Shown here: positions 58,022-64,000 of the stretch, one piece after another | Layout: the number at the start of each line of letters is the position of its first letter | Numbering within the stretch: position 1 is the stretch's first letter | Translations under genes and position numbers: made by a program | Notes under the pieces: generated by a model | The model's input: the letters and a program-made list of their open reading frames with translations, nothing else | The model's database searches: none | What the model was told of the DNA's origin: nothing | Source: Betaproteobacteria bacterium | GTDB lineage: Bacteria; Bacillota; SHA-98; UBA4971 | Direction: 5' to 3' | Length of the DNA stretch: 64,000 nucleotides | Assembly (NCBI GenBank): GCA_050260395.1 | Contig: JBLNCC010000124.1 | Location: 5,997 to 69,996, forward strand

Positions 58022-58386
58022 TCCATCGCCTCCCTGAGAAGTCTCATGAGCTCCTCGTCGGTCACACCGCTTCCCCGCGCGTCGACCACGATCTCCGCAA
58101 GCCGCTCCCGGAGGGACCGCATCCGGATGGCCTTCACGCGCTCGGCATCCAGGTGAGCCACGAACGACCCCAGCCCCGCTCGCGTCACGATTATCCCCTC
58201 CGCCTCGAGCTCCGAGTAGGCTCTTTTCGTCGTTATCACGCTCGTCCCGACCTCCTCGGCGAGCTGCCGGATGGACGGCAGGCTCTCGCCCGGGGCAAGC
58301 TCGCCGGAGAGGACTTTCTCCCTGATCTGGTCCACTATCTGCTTGTACAAGGGCACGGGGTTGTTGTATGAGATGCTGATGTGCAC
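58018..58386 (-). CDS. GntR-family (YtrA-like) transcriptional regulator
   Basis: PSIRQLAEEVGTSVITTKRAYSELEAEG wHTH. Heads a GntR-ABC-ABC2 operon. Confidence 0.8.
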   Translation of the reverse strand: MHISISYNNPVPLYKQIVDQIREKVLSGELAPGESLPSIRQLAEEVGTSVITTKRAYSELEAEGIIVTRAGLGSFVAHLDAERVKAIRMRSLRERLAEIVVDARGSGVTDEELMRLLREAME

Positions 58387-58508
58387 CGCGTCACATCCTG
58401 TATATATCGTCTATACACAGTATAGACACGACGCCAGCAGGTGTCAAGGGTGGAATTCGTCGTGCGGCGATGGCGAGGTCTCTCTGGGACTTGCGGCCCC
58501 CCGCCTGT

Positions 58509-60203
58509 CTAGTTGCCGCCCTGAACTGCCAGGACCTTCACGCCATATGGTTCCAGTGTGAGTTCGAGCGAACCAAGATCCCCACCGCGCACGCTTGGCG
58601 GGCAAGGCGACGCCTGGCCCCTTAGAGCGCGCAAGCTGTACACGGCGTCGCGGTCGACGCCCGGCAGGCGACCACCGGCCGCGGCCAGCCTCGCGCGGAC
58701 CACGTCGCCGGTAACGTTCAGCGCCACCAGCACGCGGCTGCGACCGTACTCTCTGTAGAAAGCCAGGCCTGCATCTTCCCTGCTCATGTCCAGGAAAGTC
58801 AGAGACCCGCGCCTCAGGGCTGGCGTGTCGCGCCTCATGCGGCAAAGCTCCCTGTACGTAGCGCTCACAACGGGGTCCCCGGCCTCCCAACGGATCTTGA
58901 ACGGGTCGAAAAGCGAAGGCCTCTCCTCCTCGCCTATCTCCTGGCCGTTGTAGATGAGGGGAATCCCGTCGAGGGTGAATAAAAGGGTCGCCGCGACCTC
59001 GTAACCCCTGCGCCCGAGGGCGCGGATGGCCCGCAGCTGGTCGTGGTTCTCAAGATAGCGGAGCCTCAACGAGCCCACGGGGAACGAGCGCCGGTCGTTT
59101 TCGATCATGTCCCTGATCGCCTTCGCCGGAAGCTCGCCCGACAGGACCTGTGCCAGGATCTTAGGGAGGGTCTCCTCGTAAGTGACGTCGAACGCGGCCG
59201 CGTTGTGAGCGGGTTCGTGCGACTCCGCCAGCAGGAGCACGTCGGGCTTGACTGACTTCAGCGAGCGCCTCGCGGCCCGCCAGAAGTCCGTCGGCACGAG
59301 CGCCGCCACGTCACATCGGTAGCCGTCGATATCGAACTTCTCGACGTAGTGGCGCATGACGCGAATCATGTAATCCCGCAGGGCGGTGCTGGAGTAGTCG
59401 AAAGCGACCACGTCGTCCCAACCGAATCCGGCACATTGGATGTTCCCATGCTCGTCTCTGCGGTACCATTCAGGATGCGTCACCGTGAGAGGGCAATCCC
59501 GCGCGCTGTGATTCGCCACGAAATCCATGATGACGCGAAGGCCGTGGTAGTGCGCCGTTCTCACCAGCTCGTGAAGATCGGCGTCTGTTCCCAGATCGGG
59601 ATGGATGCTGAGATAGTCGTAAATCGCGTAGGGGCTACCCAAGCTTCCTTTACGCCCGTCTCTCCCTATGTCGTGGATGGGCATGAGCCAGACGCATGTA
59701 GCGCCGAGGTCAGCAATCTGCGGGATCCGCCTCGTCACACCCTCGAGGGTTCCCTCCTCGCTGAAGACCCGCGGGAATACCTCGTATATCACGGCGTCGC
59801 GAACCCAGTCGGGGCTCGTAACCGCCCTGAACCTGCCGAATCCACACGCCTCCCCTTGCGGGGCCGGCGTCCGCACCTCACCGTCCGACGCTACCTCCAC
59901 GACGGAGTTCACAGTGCCGTGCTCGTTCAGCATCATGCACGGGTTGTGCGGGTCGCGCGTCCACTCTCCATCGACGACGAACTTGTATTCGTGCGCGCCC
60001 TCCCCCAAGGGCACGACGATCTCCCACACACCGCACGGGTGCCTCCGCATCTCGCAATCAGCCGCACGCCAGTTGTTGAATTCGCCTGCAATGTAGGCCC
60101 GCGAAGCGCGCGGGTTGAAATAACGAAACTTGACCCCACGGCTTGCGCGCGCGGGGCCCAGCTCTCCCACAACCTCGCCCAACTTCCTGCCTCCCCCCAC
60201 CAC
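58509..60203 (-). CDS. glycoside hydrolase family 13 (alpha-amylase family) enzyme with N-terminal CBM48/E-set domain
   Basis: GH13 regions DFVANHS, GYRCDVA, EPAHN, NHDQLR. N-terminal FNNW...HEYKFVVDGEW. Confidence 0.75.
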   Translation of the reverse strand: MVGGGRKLGEVVGELGPARASRGVKFRYFNPRASRAYIAGEFNNWRAADCEMRRHPCGVWEIVVPLGEGAHEYKFVVDGEWTRDPHNPCMMLNEHGTVNSVVEVASDGEVRTPAPQGEACGFGRFRAVTSPDWVRDAVIYEVFPRVFSEEGTLEGVTRRIPQIADLGATCVWLMPIHDIGRDGRKGSLGSPYAIYDYLSIHPDLGTDADLHELVRTAHYHGLRVIMDFVANHSARDCPLTVTHPEWYRRDEHGNIQCAGFGWDDVVAFDYSSTALRDYMIRVMRHYVEKFDIDGYRCDVAALVPTDFWRAARRSLKSVKPDVLLLAESHEPAHNAAAFDVTYEETLPKILAQVLSGELPAKAIRDMIENDRRSFPVGSLRLRYLENHDQLRAIRALGRRGYEVAATLLFTLDGIPLIYNGQEIGEEERPSLFDPFKIRWEAGDPVVSATYRELCRMRRDTPALRRGSLTFLDMSREDAGLAFYREYGRSRVLVALNVTGDVVRARLAAAGGRLPGVDRDAVYSLRALRGQASPCPPSVRGGDLGSLELTLEPYGVKVLAVQGGN

Positions 60204-60350
60204 ACGGGCCGGAGCGTCAAGGCATAGTCCGCATCCGGCATTTCCATTATAGCGGGGAGCTTAGGCAACGGGCAAAAGAACATTCTTCCTCGCTTTCCGA
60301 TGCTGCGGGATGCCAAGCGTCCCGCATGGCCGCCCGCTGACCTTGGATCG

Positions 60351-61439
60351 TCACTCCCACCGCCAGAACCTCGCGGCGACGATGAAGGAGGCGACCGCCC
60401 ACGCCGCGAGCACGCCGACGTCGGTGACGGCGCTGTACTCCGGAGGAGCGGCGACCATGATCTGGCGAAGCAGGTCCCCGAGGTAACTCAGTGGCATGGC
60501 GTTCACCACGGGACGCAGGAACGACGGCATTATCTCGACGGGAAAGAATATCCCCGACAGGAACATCATCGGGAATTGGACCACCTGGACGAGCCCCACC
60601 CCGGCCTCCTCGGTCTTGGGGAACGCCGCGATCATATAGCCCATGCTCACGAACGTGAGCGCCCCGAGCAGCACGGCCCCAAGGAGCGACAGCCAGCTGC
60701 CGAGGATCTTCACGTGGAACACCGCATATCCGATGGCCACGATCAAAACGGTCTGGATGAGAGCCATCGTCATGCGAACCACAACCTCCGAGACCAAGAG
60801 GAGCCCCCTCCTCAAAGGCGTCGCTCCGAGGCTCTTGAGGACCTTCTGCTCCCGGAGGCTCACGGCGCGCATCGCGCCAAACAGCCCGAGCTGCATGAGG
60901 GCCATGGCGAGGATTCCAGGGAGCAGGAAGTCAACCATGCGAAGGTCCGCGCTCTCGACCGGTTGGGCCGTGACCTCAAAGACCCTAGGCCGGCCAGTCA
61001 CGCGCCTCTCCGCCTCGTTCAGGATCTGCTCAACCACGGGCACGAGGACCTGCCGGGCCGTGGGCTCCGTCTCGTTGTAGTAGACCTGCACCTTCAAGGG
61101 GTCGCCGCTGCCAGTCAGCGCGGTGAAGGATGGCATGGGGATCTCCACCACCAAGCTCCTCTCGCCTTTCCTGAGCGCCTGGATCTCGCTCTCACGATCG
61201 CCGACATGGGTCTTGAACACCGGGACTGAGCTGGCTCCCTCGGCGAGCCCCTCGCCCAACGGGTTGCCCGCATCATACACGATTCCCACGTCGTACGTGG
61301 AAGTCCCTTCGTTCGAGAATATGAAGCCAAAGAGGAGTATAAAGATCACCGGAAAGAGCAAGAACCAGAAGAGGCTCATCTTGTCGCGCCCGATGTCCCG
61401 GGCGTTGGCGAGCACAAGCTGCCAAAAGGTCCTCGTCAC
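60351..61439 (-). CDS. ABC-2 family exporter permease
   Basis: 6 TM with a large first extracytoplasmic loop. 4-nt overlap with the upstream ATPase. Confidence 0.65.
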   Translation of the reverse strand: MTRTFWQLVLANARDIGRDKMSLFWFLLFPVIFILLFGFIFSNEGTSTYDVGIVYDAGNPLGEGLAEGASSVPVFKTHVGDRESEIQALRKGERSLVVEIPMPSFTALTGSGDPLKVQVYYNETEPTARQVLVPVVEQILNEAERRVTGRPRVFEVTAQPVESADLRMVDFLLPGILAMALMQLGLFGAMRAVSLREQKVLKSLGATPLRRGLLLVSEVVVRMTMALIQTVLIVAIGYAVFHVKILGSWLSLLGAVLLGALTFVSMGYMIAAFPKTEEAGVGLVQVVQFPMMFLSGIFFPVEIMPSFLRPVVNAMPLSYLGDLLRQIMVAAPPEYSAVTDVGVLAAWAVASFIVAARFWRWE

Positions 61440-62359
61440 TCGCGTATCCTCCTTCCCGTGAGCTTCAGGAACACGTCCTCCAGGGTGGCCCGCCTGACGA
61501 CGACGTCGTCGATGTGCATCCCGCCGCCTGTTGCGAGCTGCATCAGCGCGGACATCGTGGCGGGCACGTCGCGCGTATAAAGCGTGGCGGTGTTTTCGCT
61601 GAAGCGGGCGCGAGTCACACCGGGCAGCTTTTCGAGCTTCTCCCTGTCAGCGGATATCGAGTTGGAAAACTCGACGGCCTGCTCCTGAAAGTGCTCGGAG
61701 ATCAGGTCCGACGGGGAGCCGAACGCAATGACCTTGCCGTGATCCATGACCGCAACCTTGTCGCACAGCCGCTCGGCCTCGTCCATGTAGTGCGTGGTGA
61801 GGAAGACCGTCTTCCCACGGCTCCTGATACCTCGTATGACATCCCACAGGCCCCGCCTTGCTTGCGGGTCGAGCCCGGTCGTGGGCTCATCCAGGAACAC
61901 GAGATCCGCGTCGTTCACCATAGCGAGAGCCACCCCGAGCCGTTGGACCTGCCCGCCCGAGAGCGCTCTCACGACCGTCCCCGCCTTCGCGGTGAGGCCG
62001 ACCTGCTCGATGACCTCGTCCGCCGGCACGGTTCGTTCATAGAAGCTGGAAAAGAGCGTTACAATCTCTCTCACCGTGAGCCGGGGGTATAGCCCCCGCG
62101 CTTGCAGTTGCACGCCTATGCGCGAGCGCAGCTCTCTCCCTTGCCTCGCGGGGTCCATTCCGAGCACCCACGCCTCACCCGCGTCGCGGGGACGAAGCCC
62201 CACGAGGATCTCGACTGTCGTGGTCTTGCCCGCCCCGTTGGGACCGAGCATCCCGAATACCTGGCCGCGCTCGACCCTGAGGTCGAGGCCGTCCACAGCC
62301 ACGGTCTTGCCGTAGGTCTTGCGCAAGCCCGAGACTACCACCGCATCCGTCATCCCCAT
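61436..62359 (-). CDS. ABC transporter ATP-binding protein (DrrA-like)
   Basis: GMLGPNGAGKTT, LSGGQVQRL, FLDEPTTGLD. Start at MGMTDAVVV. Confidence 0.8.
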   Translation of the reverse strand: MGMTDAVVVSGLRKTYGKTVAVDGLDLRVERGQVFGMLGPNGAGKTTTVEILVGLRPRDAGEAWVLGMDPARQGRELRSRIGVQLQARGLYPRLTVREIVTLFSSFYERTVPADEVIEQVGLTAKAGTVVRALSGGQVQRLGVALAMVNDADLVFLDEPTTGLDPQARRGLWDVIRGIRSRGKTVFLTTHYMDEAERLCDKVAVMDHGKVIAFGSPSDLISEHFQEQAVEFSNSISADREKLEKLPGVTRARFSENTATLYTRDVPATMSALMQLATGGGMHIDDVVVRRATLEDVFLKLTGRRIRE

Positions 62360-62494
62360 CCCTATCCCCCTTTCCGGATGTGCCAGCCGACGAACCCGCC
62401 TGCAGTCTGGCGTTCCACGCAGCTCTTGGGCCTTCAGCAAAGGTCAGCTTGCACGGAATTCGCCGGGCGAGGCGAGCCGGGGCACAAGCCACTT

Positions 62495-63070
62495 TCACCC
62501 GCCGCCCTCGCCGCTCCCCGCGTCGCAGCTTCGCCGGAACTCGTCCTTCGTGATCCCCATGATGACCTCGTCCCAGTACCGACCATCGTAGAAACGCTGC
62601 TCGCGGATGCGCCCTTCTTCCCTGAAACCGCACCTGAGGTAGCAACGCCGCCCGCGTTCGTTGTACTCGAAGACGCGCAGGTTCACTTTATGCATGTTGA
62701 GGAAATCGAAAGCGAAGCCCAGCGCGAGCCGAATGGCCTCCCGACCTATGCCTTTTCCGAGGAGGTCCTCCCGGCCTATAACGATACCGAGCTCGCAATG
62801 GCGGTTGCGGTAGTCGATGTTGTGAAGCCCGACGGACCCTATGTACTCGAGCTTCGGATCGTCCTTCATGGCGATCACGAAGACTCCCTCGTTCGGACCG
62901 CCCCGTTGGTGGAGCTGCCTGTCTACGAACTCCGCAGTCTGCTCCGCCGTTTGTGGAAAGAGCGGAAAGGAAAGGTAACGGTTTATGTTCTCGTTGTTCA
63001 CCCAGCGTTGGACCGCGTCCTGGTCCTCGCGCCTGAACTCCCGGAGCACGATCCTCTCGCCACGCAACAT
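62495..63070 (-). CDS. GNAT-family N-acetyltransferase (RimJ/RimL-like)
   Basis: Acetyl-CoA motif LLGKGIGREA. 191 aa. Confidence 0.75.
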   Translation of the reverse strand: MLRGERIVLREFRREDQDAVQRWVNNENINRYLSFPLFPQTAEQTAEFVDRQLHQRGGPNEGVFVIAMKDDPKLEYIGSVGLHNIDYRNRHCELGIVIGREDLLGKGIGREAIRLALGFAFDFLNMHKVNLRVFEYNERGRRCYLRCGFREEGRIREQRFYDGRYWDEVIMGITKDEFRRSCDAGSGEGGG

Positions 63071-63401
63071 CGGCCATCGCCCTCCTCAGATCGCTCTCTC
63101 TGGCATGTTGCGCTAATAGTAGCACATGCGATCCCAGGCAGGCAAGAGGGATCTGCAAGACACAGAAACCGCCATTTGACGGAAACCGCGGGCATGCGTG
63201 ATGGGGGAAAAGACGGTCTCCGTTGGACGCACGGATGGACGCACGGAGGCCGGCGCCGGGTACAAGATAGCCCGCCGGGGACACGCGGACCGCCCGCGAT
63301 CTCATCCCCGGCGGGATACCCTGCGGTTTGGACGTTTGGTCGTTTGCTGCCGAAACCGGGCACAGAGTCGATTTCTCGGGGAGTTCGTTAGGAGGCGCTG
63401 C

Positions 63402-63995
63402 TCAGGGCGCGACGCCGAAGTGATCGGCGATGCCGAGGTAGATGTAGTAGCCCTCCCGCCAAGTGTAGCCCATGTCTTTCAGACGGGCTTCCTGGTATGG
63501 ATTACTTATGTACGACGCCTCCGTGAGGATCGAAGGCATCCAGGTGTTTCGGAGCACGTAGAAGTTGGCAGTGTGAACGCCGCCGTCGGGAAGCCCTAGG
63601 CCGGACACGAGGCTTTCGTGGACTTTGTCGCGCAGGTCAAGCGCGGTCCTGTCCGCATACGTGTACGCGTACGTTTCTGTCGCGTTATAGCTCCGGTTGT
63701 ACGAGGCGTTGTGGTGCACGGAGATAAACCTATCCGCTCCCCACTCGTTAGCTGCCGCGGTCCTCTCGCCAAGGCTCACATCGACGTCGCCCGTGCGTGA
63801 CATCATCACCGTCGCCCCGCCGTACTCCACCAAGCAGTTCCGGAGGGCCGTCGCCACCCTCAGGTTCACGTCGGACTCGCGAAGCCCGGACGGACCGATA
63901 GCGCCCGGCTCGGGCCCGCCGTGACCGGGGTCAACGAAGATCTTAACGCCCTCCAGCCCACCGCGCGCCAACGCTGCGGGCGATGCTACCACCAA
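63402..63995 (-). CDS. N-acetylmuramoyl-L-alanine amidase (Amidase_3 family), probably 5'-truncated by window end
   Basis: KIFVDPGHGGPEPGA, HHNA, Zn-ligand pattern of CwlD/AmiC-type amidases. Confidence 0.7.
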   Translation of the reverse strand: MVVASPAALARGGLEGVKIFVDPGHGGPEPGAIGPSGLRESDVNLRVATALRNCLVEYGGATVMMSRTGDVDVSLGERTAAANEWGADRFISVHHNASYNRSYNATETYAYTYADRTALDLRDKVHESLVSGLGLPDGGVHTANFYVLRNTWMPSILTEASYISNPYQEARLKDMGYTWREGYYIYLGIADHFGVAP

Positions 63996-64000
63996 GATGG

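Overview
High-GC (~67%) bacterial window, gene content typical of a Clostridia-class Firmicute, almost fully coding. Left to right: 5' end of a TrkA/KtrA-type gene; a minus-strand tRNA-Val/Asp/Phe operon behind a consensus sigma-70 promoter; mreB; a sirtuin; an OGG1-type glycosylase; a UPF0182 membrane protein. Next comes a small LuxR / radical-SAM(SPASM, RRE-like N-terminus) / CPBP-protease cluster with no annotated precursor peptide. On the plus strand, a sigma-54 activator (PrpR-like) sits next to a perfect sigma-54 promoter driving a LarA-homolog / TctCAB / tartrate-D-malate dehydrogenase module. Positions ~19.2-51.5 kb are one minus-strand purine (xanthine) catabolic supercluster of the selenium-dependent-molybdenum-hydroxylase type. 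It holds two xanthine-dehydrogenase-like 2Fe-2S/FAD/Mo sets, XdhC, MocA, MoaD-like, MoeB, SsnA, a second amidohydrolase, a YgeW-like carbamoyltransferase, a YgeY-like M20 peptidase, a hydantoinase, carbamate kinase, PreA/PreT-like Fe-S flavoenzymes, an M1-like peptidase and two PLP enzymes. Embedded in it is an [FeFe]-hydrogenase / ferredoxin / tungsten-AOR module preceded by a guanine-riboswitch-class aptamer. The right end carries a SCIFF ranthipeptide precursor (missed by the ORF track) with its radical-SAM maturase, a Trx-CcdA fusion, a UbiA prenyltransferase, two ABC-2 exporter pairs (one with GntR), a GH13 enzyme, a GNAT and a partial cell-wall amidase. An ~82-nt conserved non-coding element occurs twice, in 5' leaders. 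Its 36-nt core occurs a third time as an inverted pair inside a nested palindrome.
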